A stretch of DNA of 64,000 nt, taken from NCBI RefSeq assembly GCF_041146345.1, contig NW_027191407.1, forward strand, positions 434,001-498,000. The letters are read 5' to 3'. The translations under genes were made by a program, and so were the position numbers. The notes below the pieces were generated by a model. The model searched no databases. It saw only the letters and a list, made by a program, of their open reading frames with translations, and was not told the DNA's origin. Below, piece by piece: positions 1 to 11,836 of this stretch (positions are counted from its first letter, which is position 1; each line of letters begins with the position of its first letter). The DNA comes from Neodothiora populina (Eukaryota).

Positions 1-1145
1 AAAAAGAACAGCTGCATAGCTGCTACCTGTCTGTAGATAAGGTATACAAAAGTGTAAATGTACAAAGCAAAGCGACTCGTGGCCAAAAGGATTCATTGCC
101 TCGTACTCTTGTTGACGAAGCTATTCTTGGCGGCCTTAGGCTCTGACTCGCATTCGGATTCGGATTCGGACACGGACACGGAGAGATATGAGCACCGATC
201 CCGCGAGGAAGCGCATCACGCGGAGAAGATGTGGCGAGTGTTCCGGGCGCCATTTTGGAGAGGTACAAGATCAGAAGAATCTATGGAGAATTAGGGCCAT
301 GTGCAACATGCATGGGTAATATCACGAGCGTGCGAAGAAAGGATTGAGGGAGCAAAATATCGTAAGTCAATCTAGATGCAGCGTAAACGCAGCCAAAAAC
401 AATAGTGCAGCTGTCGAGCACGGCACGTGAGGCCGCGTGGGAAACAAAGCACCTTTACCATAACAAGCAGGGGGCGACGCCGAGTGCGTAGTTTGACTGC
501 TGCCTAGAGGGAAGGAGCGATAAGGCGCAAGCATGGGCCGACAGACCGGTCCATGGGGTTTTTGGGGTTAGCAGCAAGAGACGAAACAATATCTTACAAT
601 CCTCCCAGGCACTGGCCTCTTCTCTTCAGTTTTCACAATTGTCCTCGTTCTCAAATACTGTATTTCATGTGTCCAGCAGAAGTGCCTCGTCTTCGCTGCT
701 CATTCACTTCCAATCCCAACTCCCCGAGCTGATCGATCGGGTTTTATACTATCATACTCCGACACGCCTGCACAGCCACACGCCACTAGCCTCGAGCATC
801 GAAACAACCACTTCACTGTACATTCTCGTACTCGAAACCGGTCAGGTTTTGGACAGTCATACTCAGCGCAGCTCGCTCACTCTGCGACCACTCAGAGCTC
901 GCTGCACTGTGTGACTCACAGCGAGTCACTGCAGCGCTTTCCCTCTCTTGCTGCTGCAATCCACGCAACCCCGACCCCACTCCTCGACCAGCATTGGGGT
1001 GTTGTGTACGGCGATAGTCCAGCAGTTGGCCAGCATTTCCCTGGTGCTAGCAGTCTGTATCTGGACGGACAGAGCCCTCGCTGTCCACTGCCAGATCTGA
1101 CCCTGGTCTTGTTTTAACCGAACAACGTTCTTGCCATCATCGAAC

Positions 1146-4080
1146 ATGACTTCCGCCGCAGCCCCTCCTTCCTTCTCGCACCCGCGCCGTCGCGCTGCAA
1201 GTCCGAGTCTGAATCCGGACTCTTTGATTGACTCACTCGTCAATATGTCGATCCGCAAAGGGGCTACCTTCCATACTCCGACCATCAACGATTCCGATCT
1301 GTTGGACCCCTTTGAATCCAAAACCACGACTTCAGCCCCGATTGCCCCAGCAGTTCTCCGTTCCATGACTGCTCGTTCCACAACCTGCCCCAAAGAACTT
1401 GAAGATCTCCTTGTCGGTGCTGGAGAAAGAAGAGTGGTGGAATTCCTTGCAAAAGTCGACGAGGCTGTCAATAACAAATCGGTGGAGCAACTCGGAAGCG
1501 TCTTGAGTGAGCCCGACGTCCTTCCCGTGCCCGACTTTCTTGTGGAGGGGGCGTCTGTCAACTCTCATCCTGACCATACGGAAGATCAAGCCTATGATAG
1601 CGGCCTAGGCTCGAGTATCAGTTCCGAAGGGACAATTAAAATCGAAGACGAAGACAACAATAGTACGTGTGCCCGTTTGCGTTTTCTGCGACTCCCCTTT
1701 TCATTATTCTTAGAGGTGAACCAAGTGATTGTGGAGGTACTTCCGTACCCTGGAGGCATCACCTGCTTCGCTGGCTCCATTTACCCCCCCCGTGACCATG
1801 TAATTTGCGTACTACGTGATCAGGGAGGGGCAGGCTCCTTCCTCATCTTGTCAATAGAATCCGAGCTAACTATTGTGGTATAGAGGCGAATAAGAAGAGC
1901 CGGAAACTGTCCTGCTCTGGCTCAGCCATTACCAGATCCATCTCTGGAGCTTCGGACAGTCCTCCGAAAGACACTCTCAGTCACTTTGCCATCCAGCAGA
2001 TCCACCGCTTCATCGTCCGACCAATCCTGACCGAGCCAGCTCTGAAGGATTTTCATCTTCTCATTGCTCAAGTTCCACGTCGAATTGGTGATCGACAGAT
2101 CAACAATCTCAGAGATCTTGAGAAAACACTCATCTTCCTTGCGCCAGTAAGTAAAGCAATTGCACAGGGCTATTACTTTGCGCCCGTTGCTTATTCCATT
2201 TGCTATTGTTCAGGACTATTCGCGTTCGCCGGCTGCCTACCTTCAATTTTGCGAGACTTCGATCCATTGTCTCCACGCAACTGTCAACGGCGTACACGAG
2301 TCTGACCAGCGACTACCGACCGATCGTCCATACACTAACCACTATTTTCTCGACCTCGTCCAACAGATCCGAAGATACGCTCAAATCCTTGCAGCTAACA
2401 GGGCTCGCCAGGCCAAAGGCGAACAAGTCGACGATATGGACGTCACACCGTAAGTCTTTTCCGTCAACTCTCTCCTGTTTAATGTCCGAGGTCATTTTGT
2501 TTCATTGAGTGGTTCGAGTCAATCTCACTTAATCCATTGTGGCTGTGTAGCCTTGTATTGGAAGGAACGAAAGCCCAGACGCTAACGACTCGGCTAGAAC
2601 TCCCCTCGAAATCCGTGGCGGGATGACTCAAACAGGCCGCCCTGCCCAATTGGGATACCGCACCGAGGATCAACTTATATCTTTGGCTGATGACCAACCT
2701 CTTCAAGAGGATGCCGTCGCTCCCATCAAACGTCGCATGTCTGAAGACATTGACGACGATGGCGTCCCACGCTCCATGGCCCGCCGCAAGAAGGGCGAGT
2801 TGCCTAAGACTTACACTTGTCCCGTCGGTGGCTGTGACAAGGAGTTCAATCGTCCCTGCGACAGAACCAAGCACCTGAAAACTCACGAGAGACCCCACAA
2901 ATGTCCCGAAGCTGGATGTGACTTCAAGACCAGAGGATTCCCAACCGAGAAGGAACGTGACCGCCACTGGTCCGACAGACATGATCCCGACGCAAGGACT
3001 TGGGACTGTCAGTTCAAGGACTCAGAAAACTGCCCTTACTCCTCCAAGCGTGAGCACAACTTGAAGTCTCACATGGAAAAAGCCCATGGCTGGACTTATG
3101 TTCGCTCCAAGGGTGTCAAGACAAAGTCGTCGGCACCCGCACCCAAGACCAAGGCGAAGGCAAAACCTCGCCAGTCGACATCGACCAACTCGTCGTCGTC
3201 GACTCCATTCACCTACAACGAAACCTCACCCAGTCTGAATGCGAATACCGACTCCCTTACATCCCCTGGTACTGTAGACCCCAGTCCTGTCCAGAGCCTG
3301 CAAGACTTTGAGTTCGACTTCAATCCGGACTTCGCGGGCCACTTCAACACAGACATCTTCAGTGACAACTCACTCATGGTGCCCCAAGTATTCCCTTACA
3401 CACCTTCACTTAGTGATGGTCGTCGCGCATCGCATGTGACATCGTCGTACAGCACCCCAACGATGCCAATGTCCTCGAACATGGGTGGCGACATGACCAT
3501 GATGCATGACATGACTGGTATGGGAAATTATCAGATGAATCCACCTACCCCAGATGACATGGCTTTTGGCATGCCTGATGCCAACGGCGTCATGTCTCGT
3601 GGAGATGTCGCTATTCCTCCAACTCCTGAAGATTTGGAGTTCAGCCACAGTGTGTTCAACAAGTGGAACTTCCAGCAGAGCCCGGCCGTTGTGCCTGGCG
3701 AGGTCGACCTGAACAAATGGGGTCTTCAGCAGAGCCCCGCGATCGCGCCCGGCGATGTCGACCTGCACAACGGCCGCGACTCGGGCTATCTCAACAACAG
3801 CAATTTCGGTCAAAGCTTCCAGGAGCAACTCCACCCCGCGGTTCGAGATGACCCTATGTTCACTAGCATGCAGAACTACAATCTGCAAGCAACTGGTGGA
3901 ACCAACAACACTGCCTTCGAGGGTCAAGATTTTCAGCTGGACGACTACATCTCTAACACTGGTGTAAACGAGCCCCTGTTCACTGACGCTACCGGCTTTG
4001 GTGAGGCAGGCAGCCAGTTCGACGTGAACAGCTCTATCGACTCAAACCCCTTCAGAAAGTTTTTCCCTGAGATCAACTAA
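1146..4080 (+). CDS. sltA: C2H2 zinc-finger transcription factor of the SltA/StzA/ACE1 family; 4 exons (1146-1662, 1884-2146, 2214-2449, 2598-4080)
   Basis: Family motifs IRKGATFH, DSGLGSSI, SAITRS, LRDLEKTLIFLAP, DRPYTNHYFLDLVQQIRRYA and RSMARRKK. Three fingers: CPVGGC..HLKTH, CPEAGC..HWSDRH, CQFKDSENC..HMEKAH. The GT-AG introns join in frame. Confidence 0.9.
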
Positions 4081-4958
4081 GGGTTGAGGACCAACACTTC
4101 TGCCAGGCTCACATCTCGGCCGCGCATCGTGGCATGACCACATAAGAGACTCCTCGCCGTCCAGGCTGAGTAGAGGCTCCCATTTCCTTTTATTTTCTCT
4201 GCAATGTCGTTTTTAATCAGCCAAGACTGGCGTATCAACGGTTACGAATATGGGATGACTTTTCATGACTTCAAAGCTTTCCGACATACCACATAGTTAA
4301 TTCCCGGGACAGGCAACGAGGCAAAAAAACGAAAATCTTATCGGAAAAAAAAGATGGCACATGTAAGATCCTCGAGCTGCCTGTCCCGCCCCGGCGCAGC
4401 CCACAAAAGGAGGATGCTTTTTTCTAATCACGGCGTTCGATTCACGTAGGCTAGCTTAACTTCACTACGCTCTTCAAGATTGCTTTACCCCAGATTATGT
4501 AGCACCAATACAAAACTCCTCATATCATCATAACGTGCTCTTTCTCCATCATTGTCGACCCGGTAGATTGGTTACATTTCCATGCTCCCTCACAAATCTT
4601 GAAGTGCCGGTTCGTAAGTGGCCATGTTGGCTATAATACTTTGCCCAAATCTGTCGCACTCCGCGTAGCTTGTCAAGACTGTCGCTAGGCTTACCAGATC
4701 AAGGTAGGCAGGACTCATGTCCATCGTGATGATGCATTCGTTGGGGAAGGAGGAATATCACGACCATGATCTTACATGCCCTTCTCCTCCACGATCATTT
4801 CCTCACGCCTCTGCCCACCTCGTAGCACTTCCATCGCACAACAACACTGTATTGCGTTCTACTGGGTATCGTAGGGAGCTCTCATTCAACAACCCTCACA
4901 GACGAGCTGTGAATCCAGGCATATCGCTCTCCCTGTACGTCCTAGTAATCCCTCAGAG

Positions 4959-6962
4959 ATGGCGCAGCAGGAGTCACCCCCTCAAGCTGGATTCCAGCGC
5001 AACTTCACCTGGCGACGTTCTTCGAGGGTGTCTCGTACCTTACACCGAGCATCATCCCCAGAACATGTCAGGATCGACTCCCCTACATGGTCACCTCCTC
5101 TCCACCCATGGGGTACTCATGAGCGTCGACAACCATCTCGGATCACCCGTGCCTTCCGTCGACTGTCTGATTTCATGCCGAAGGGACCACTGTCTCTCTT
5201 CGGACATGCTTCTGGTGACGATGATCGATGTGGCCGGACTACGATACGAAGAGGGAGTGCTATCGACCCCCTGGAACACGCCCTTGCTGAGCCCGTGATG
5301 GGTGGGTCTTTTCGGACTGCTAGTCTTGGTCCATATTCCACACTAGATCCTCACACGATGAGCTCTAGCATGCGTTTTGGGAGACATAGTTCTCTGATAC
5401 GGGATGTGCTGAGTACCGAGGAGCGAAGAATACTAGAGCAACACCAAGGAGACGTAGCGCCTTTCGTGACCGTCGCCGCTATCGATCCCGATACATCACT
5501 AGAAGTGACCGTCGATGCAGTTCTTCCCCCATGCGAGGATGCAAGTGAGGACGATGTCTTCCGCTATGCTCCCTTCACTTGGGGAGGATCTGTATCGGAC
5601 GAGGACAGCCTTTCTTATGTACAGGCGCTGCAAGATTGGGCTATGGAAGAACTGGAAGAGGCTCGCATGACTTCTTTGCCTTCGTCATTGTCTGACGTGG
5701 AGATCGATGGATCTCTCGCGCTCGAGCAAATGGATGGATGGTCTTTGTCGGATCGCGAGGACACAAACGGAACTCTGCATCAGACGCAGGTTGAGGATGC
5801 TGAGACTGTCTTGCCTGTAGAAGTGGCAGACGTCAGTGCAGAGCTTGAATCGGCGACTACAGACCATGAAGTTACATGTTCACCCATCAATTCGCCATAC
5901 GACCAAGCACAATCAGCTACCCAGTTATCTTGGTCCGAAATAGATCTGATGTCTACAGATCCCGAGCGTGACAGAATACTCAACAACGAAGACTCCAGCC
6001 CTCTCGATCACTCATATTTCAGCCCCGAAGAAAGCGACCAATACGAAGACGGTCTGTCTAGCCATGTACATTCGCCAAACCCAATCCCCTTTCCACCTTA
6101 CAGGGATCCATACTGGGTGCTAGGCTTGGAATCAGCAGCATACGCCTCAACCTCCAACATATCAGGACTACAGAACGGCTACCTCACCTCAGATGCACGT
6201 GCTGGCGTATGACCGTCCAGCACGATTGACACTCCGTATCAAAACGAAAGGGCAGATCAACCTATGTCCGAGGCGAGAGAAGACGTGTCAGAGCCACAGA
6301 GCGACGAGATGGCTGAAGACGACCACACTTCCGAACCTCGAAAGGATTCCCATTGGCTAAGCGGCGGCAGTCTGAAGCGCTGTGGTGGTCATGTTGCCGC
6401 ACACGCCGGACCACCACCGGTATGGCCAGAGACGTCGTTTGGCACTTCAGCTCCTCTGAAACCCTCATTCGAGGACACTGACGACAGAGATGATGCAGAG
6501 ACTGGCTCTCCGATGGCTGGCAGACCCTCCCTAGAGCAAGCTACCCTTCTACTCCAAGCTGGCGATGCAGCGCTCGTCAAACGCGGCAGGATGCTCTCTT
6601 CCACTATCAACACCTCTGAGACAAGTCCGTCCCGAGGAGACACCAACGATGTATACCAGCAAAGCTACAAAATCATGAATCACAACACCCATGCCGGCTC
6701 TGAGCAAGGTTCCGACGACATGTCCCAGCAAGAAGCAAGCAACACCTGCATTCACTCAGCTTGCGATAGAGCGGTGACACCGCCATCTCCAATGCCAAAG
6801 GTCCGTATCACTTTCCCATCTGACATCACGCTCACCAATGACAGATCCGACCAATTGCTCTCTCACATGAAGATATACGCTCAGAATAACATCTGCAGCG
6901 GACACGAGAAACACTCACCCCCTCACAGTCCTTTTGTCTCTCACGCTCTACTCACCAAGTAA
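4959..6962 (+). CDS. Low-complexity acidic/Ser-rich hypothetical protein interrupted by one in-frame TGA (6210-6212); possible pseudogene
   Basis: ORFs 4959-6212 and 6264-6962 share a frame, with no other stop between them. No recognisable domain. Confidence 0.4.
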
Positions 6963-7392
6963 GCAACCAAGCGTCTACATCAACCTCATTTCCCCATTAC
7001 CAACCCCTTTCCCTCAGCCCCAAATCCCCTCTGAGCCAAACTCAAACCCGAAAGAAAATGAATTTCTCCACCACACCCCCGCAGAAAGGGAACTTCCCTC
7101 CTGCGATACCTTCCCGACAGCCACATGTCCAGGGATCAAATACGCAGAATTCATGGGCTCTTCTTTTGCAGAGGTGCATAAAAGAGTTTGCGTTCGCTCA
7201 GAAGCAGAGATCGTGGCCGGAAGGATAGGGACCGAGAGGTTGAGTGAGCGGGAATGTAAGCGGAGATTGAGGGGAGGGATATGGAGGGCGGAGAGGGGGA
7301 AGAGGCTTAGGGGGTTTTTGGGGAAGGTTTTCTGTGGGTTGAGATTTGGAAAGAGGGAGGCAAAGTGGCGGTTTGCGCTTGATGCAGGGTAG
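6934..7392 (+). other. Possible frameshifted or spliced 3' continuation of the 4959 locus (basic C-terminal segment)
   Basis: 152-codon ORF without an ATG start, overlapping the end of the previous ORF; GTAAGC donor-like site at 6959. Confidence 0.25.
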
Positions 7393-7404
7393 GGGGATGA
7401 AATC

Positions 7405-7419
7405 GGGGGGGGGGGGGGG
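7405..7419 (+). repeat. G15 homopolymer
   Basis: Directly visible run, between two convergent loci. Confidence 0.9.
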
Positions 7420-7605
7420 AGAATCTAAAGTTGGGTGATGTTACGTATGCTTGCGCAGCCATCTAGACGTGGCATAAATATCGAGACTGCAGTGGAAACA
7501 GCGACGATCGAAGCCAGAGATCACAGTTCCTGGCAATTTGATTCTTGAAAAATATGTTTCATTGAGCCGAGATAATCCCCCTTCCAAACCGTGCTGTGAC
7601 CCGCA

Positions 7606-9156
7606 TCATCTCCTAAGTTCAATTTCCCATCGATCCAGATACTCCTCCAAAGCCTCAGGGGAAGCATTAGTGTCCACAAACCCCACATGCCCATCAGGTC
7701 TGACGAGATACAGCGCATGCCTGACGAAGCCCTTGGCCGCGACTTCCCTCGTCCACGGATACTCATGACAGACGATACCGAGTGCATCGACGGCTTTGCG
7801 TAGATCAGGCGACATGCCGCCGTACACGTGGACCTGCCAGTCCAACAGATCCAGCATCGCGTGATTGTCGGTCCCGTCGTCAAACTCTACCCACGGTAGT
7901 CGGTCGCCTGGCTGGATCTTGGCGCTTTTCTTGCCTCCTTGACTTAGTTCGCTGGCGCGGTACTCGATCATGATCTGCGAGACGCGCGAGAATGCTGCGC
8001 GTCGTGATACGGAGAACCAGAGCGCGAATGACAGAATTCGAGGGAGCAGGATGATGCGGACGAACCAGCCCCACCAGCCACGATTTGTGACACCTGACCA
8101 GACCCAGTCCGTGGTATCAACGAGCAAGTGCGCGAACGCCATTCGCTCGGGTTCATAAGTGTCCAGAAGAGCGGGGTTTGCGCGCTTCGTGAGCACCGCT
8201 GCTAGTTTCCATGCTAGATTTGAGACGTCGCCGAGGCCCGTGTTCATGCCTTGTCCGCCAGCGGGACTGTGTAGGTGGCCTGCGTCGCCGGCGATGAAGA
8301 CGCGGCCGCGCCGGAATCTCTCTGCTACTCTGTGGTGTACACGGTATGTGGCGAACCAGCGGACGTGGTCGATTTCGAGCTCTGTGTTGTATTTGACTGC
8401 GGCTTCGACGTGTTCAAATCGCACATCCTCTCTGTCGACGCCGTCTGGCACAACGCCAATCAAGCGCGTCGATCCCATTGCGGGTAGTGGTAGGACTAAA
8501 CAGAAGTCGGTGCCTGTGAAGCAAGGATTCATGCTGAACTCTGCCGCTTTTCCTCTCACGTCTGCGTCTGCGACGAAAAAGCGCTGGTCGTACGTTCCGC
8601 CGGGCATTGCTATACCTGAGAGCTCTCTTACGGTGCTTTTTGACCCGTCACAGCCGACAAGGCAGCTAGCATGGAAAGTCGTCTCCAGTCCATCTGCATC
8701 TTGCGATGTTGCGAAAATACCGCCATCGTCCTCCTCGAGCGCAGTTAGAGTAGTCCGTCTCTCCACATATACACCCATTCCTGCCAGCTGGGCAACCAGC
8801 ACTTTTTCATGTTGGTCTTGGGGGAATGTGAAAGCGAAAGGGAAATAGCTGAGCCCGGCGCCGGCGTTTCGAAAATTCAGGCCACCCACAAGTCTTCCCC
8901 TACGATGAATACCGATACCTTTGATAGTAGACCCATGCGCGAGGGCGTCTCCTGATATACGAAGTTGTCGGTAGTATTCGAGGGTGCGAGCGTGGACTAT
9001 CACTGCTCGAGACGTCTCGCCAGGGCCGGAGGATTTGTCAATGATGCGCACAGGGATACCCAGCTTTGTGAGCCAGAGAGCTAAGAGCAAGCCTGTGGGT
9101 CCTGCGCCTACTATAAGGACAGCCTGGAGACCAGCAGGAGCAGGGGATGAGTCCAT
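7606..9156 (-). CDS. FAD-dependent aromatic monooxygenase (PheA/TfdB, FAD_binding_3 family), intronless
   Basis: Motifs VLIVGAGPTG, LVGCDGSKSTVR and VFIAGDAGHLHSPAGGQGMNTGLGDVSNLAWKL; C-terminal LYLVRPDGHV. First ATG at 9156. Confidence 0.92.
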   Translation of the reverse strand: MDSSPAPAGLQAVLIVGAGPTGLLLALWLTKLGIPVRIIDKSSGPGETSRAVIVHARTLEYYRQLRISGDALAHGSTIKGIGIHRRGRLVGGLNFRNAGAGLSYFPFAFTFPQDQHEKVLVAQLAGMGVYVERRTTLTALEEDDGGIFATSQDADGLETTFHASCLVGCDGSKSTVRELSGIAMPGGTYDQRFFVADADVRGKAAEFSMNPCFTGTDFCLVLPLPAMGSTRLIGVVPDGVDREDVRFEHVEAAVKYNTELEIDHVRWFATYRVHHRVAERFRRGRVFIAGDAGHLHSPAGGQGMNTGLGDVSNLAWKLAAVLTKRANPALLDTYEPERMAFAHLLVDTTDWVWSGVTNRGWWGWFVRIILLPRILSFALWFSVSRRAAFSRVSQIMIEYRASELSQGGKKSAKIQPGDRLPWVEFDDGTDNHAMLDLLDWQVHVYGGMSPDLRKAVDALGIVCHEYPWTREVAAKGFVRHALYLVRPDGHVGFVDTNASPEALEEYLDRWEIELRR

Positions 9157-9810
9157 ATCGTCGCGAGCGTGAAATTTTGCAGCCAAGATCCACCAGCTTC
9201 TTGGTTATTATTATGAGAAGTCGAGGCTCATGTCTACCGAGGTAATTGTCAAGTAACCGACTACAGTCCTATGCTCGTGGCAGCGTACGAGGGCAATGAG
9301 GCGTGACTATATTATACACCGCCGCACTATACAATTATGGGCCGTGCATGAGCAGATCTTAGATTGTGCGCAGATGAATTGGATGGTCGTTATATTGGCT
9401 CAAGGACGCAATGGTAGTGAAAGGAGAACGAGACGATGTTGATGTTCGCTGGACCTCGCAATATGTATACCCATCGCGTTCGTCATATGCAGTTGCTGAC
9501 GTGAATGACACGAGATAGGTCTGCTGGCACTAGTGGTGCGGAAGGGTTGTGTTGGCAAAAGTAGCACCGCCAGTCTGCGGCTCCTCTTACCAAACATCTT
9601 GTGGGATGTGTTGAGACAACCCTGTCATCGGATGGCTCGCGGGTACTTCCCTGCAAAGGGTGCAGCACATGATCTACTAGTCGTCTATGGCGCTACGTGC
9701 ACCGAAGAGAATGCAATGGTTCATGATACCGGGAGTGACCGCGGCAGCAGAAAGTGGCATGACACTTATTCTCTATGATACCTTACCTTAGATAATTACC
9801 TTAACCTCGA

Positions 9811-9838
9811 AAGCACAAGCACAAGCACAAGCACAAGC
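9811..9838 (+). repeat. (AAGCAC)4+ hexamer tandem repeat in the divergent promoter region
   Basis: aagcacaagcacaagcacaagcacaagc. Confidence 0.9.
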
Positions 9839-10046
9839 GAGGCAATGTACCCAAGTACCTCTAAGCGAGCGACATTGTCATGCCAAGAAATCAGCACTAG
9901 CAGCGGCGTCCAATGATAAGCTGTCAAGCAATCCACTGATCATAGAAGAACAACCCGGTTTGCGCTCCTCAAACACAAGGTAGACATTATCGGGATGGAT
10001 ATTCTCATCTTTGGTCAACGATAGTGTCCTGTTCTCACTCATCGCA

Positions 10047-11836
10047 ATGATGCTGCATGTATATCCTTTGGCCGCAGCAGCTGTGCCGTTGTTCATATGG
10101 GCTGGCTATTCTTACTTGTACAAACTCCGCTTTAAGCAATATGAACATCTTCCCAGAACGCCGCCGTCGCTGATCTGGGGCCACCTTGCCACCATCGGAG
10201 ACTTTTACAAGAAGGGAGATGTGCGAAGACATATAGGTGAGTTAGAGTGGTTCAGATCGCGAAACCTTCAGCTCATGGTGGAAGCAAGATTATGTTTTTC
10301 GCCAGATCGGACAGTCGATCGGGTGTCCTCCGATTGTGATTCTCGATATGCGACCATTTTTCTATGTCATGTGCCTAGTGTTTAGTCACGACGTAGCCGA
10401 GCAGATCTCTAGGAGCAGCAAAGAGTTTCCATACAGTACTCCCAAGAGTCCTACTATGGGCGCTCTGACACCTATCATCGGCCCTCACTCAATCATCAGC
10501 TCACAGGGCGAGAAGTGGAAATCGCTTCGAAAGCGATACAATGCTGGCTTTGCCCCCAGTCACTTGATGACTCTGCTCCCTCGCATCGTTGACAAGACAC
10601 AGCTGTTTCTTCGGAATCTGGACGCTCTGGCGAAATCCAGACAGGAGTTCTCGATGGAACCACTGTGTACCAACCTGACCTTTGATATTATCGGAGCTGT
10701 GGTCATGGATGTTGAACTCGACGCTCAGCTGCCGAAAGCACAGCAGAGTGAACTCGTGAAACTCTATCGCCAACTAGTCGACACATACACCATCGCAGGT
10801 GCAGAGGGATTCGTATTCTTCAATCCCTTGAACTACTTCCGTCGTATGCGCCTGAGTAAAGTCGTCGACCGAGCTCTGAAACTTCTGATAAGGGAAAAGT
10901 TTGCAGCAGCATCGACAGTAGCCAGAGATAGGAAAACCCGGAGTGTTTTGACCCTGAGTCTTCAAGACACCCAAGACCTCGATGATCTGGCGTTGTCGCA
11001 GACTGCTGATCAGCTCAAGTCATTTCTTTTTGCAGGACACGACACCACTAGTATCTTGCTTCAATGGATGTTTTACGAACTTTCACGTACACCCTCAGCT
11101 CTGGCCAAGCTTCGGGCAGAACATGACGAAGTTTTTGGGTCCGATACTGATGCCGCGGCTGTAGCAGAAATGCTTCGCTCCAGGGGTGACGAGCTTATTC
11201 CTAGGATGGCGTATACCTCTGCAGTCATCAAGGAAGCACTACGACTCTATCCGCCTGCTGCGACAGCTCGCTTGGTTTCAAGAGGTGGCGGTTTCTTTGT
11301 CAAGCTGCCAGACGGAGGCAAGGCTTGTCTCGACGGAATGGTCTTGTACAACATGCATTTTGCTATTCAACGAGACGAGGGTGTCTTCGGTCCAACTGCT
11401 GATGTATTCATGCCTGAACGTTGGCTGGGCGACGTCGACACGTCTGCGGATGCTGCAGAGAATCCTGTCAACGAGCAATCTACTGGCTCAGGCAAGGCCA
11501 TTCCGCCGTCTTCGTGGCGTGCTTTTGAGCGAGGGCCAAGGAATTGTATCGGACAGGAACTCGCGAATCTAGAGGCCCGAGTTATTCTGTCACTTGTCGT
11601 GAGGCGGTACGACTTTCACAAGACGGGAGCTGGACAGATCAAGAGAAATGCTGACGGCAGCGCGATATTGGACGACGCTACGCAACAATATGAGATCGAA
11701 AGTCCCATGTTCAACGTGAGTTATTTATCGACCAAAGATATCTTTTGCACTATTACTGACACCTCTTTTACAGACCAGGCAGATTACCTCGAAGCCATAT
11801 GATGGTATGATGATGAAGGTGTCTGTGAGAACATGA
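10047..11836 (+). CDS. Cytochrome P450 (StcS/VerA-like group); 3 exons (10047-10236, 10289-11715, 11774-11836)
   Basis: N-terminal TM anchor, I-helix FLFAGHDTTS, EALR, PERW, heme motif FERGPRNCIG; last exon encodes TRQITSKPYDGMMMKV. Confidence 0.92.

Noticed and set aside
607..611. AGGCA (ACE1/SltA core site) suggesting autoregulation
   Set aside because: A single 5-mer is expected by chance.
1714..1736. Possible 23 nt micro-exon in sltA intron 1 (TAG|..|GTACTT)
   Set aside because: Inclusion shifts the frame unless an unlikely GAG acceptor is used, and there is no clear branch point.
8159..8848. Long antisense ORFs overlapping real genes (this one and many similar)
   Set aside because: Shadow ORFs produced by codon bias on the opposite strand; no independent evidence.
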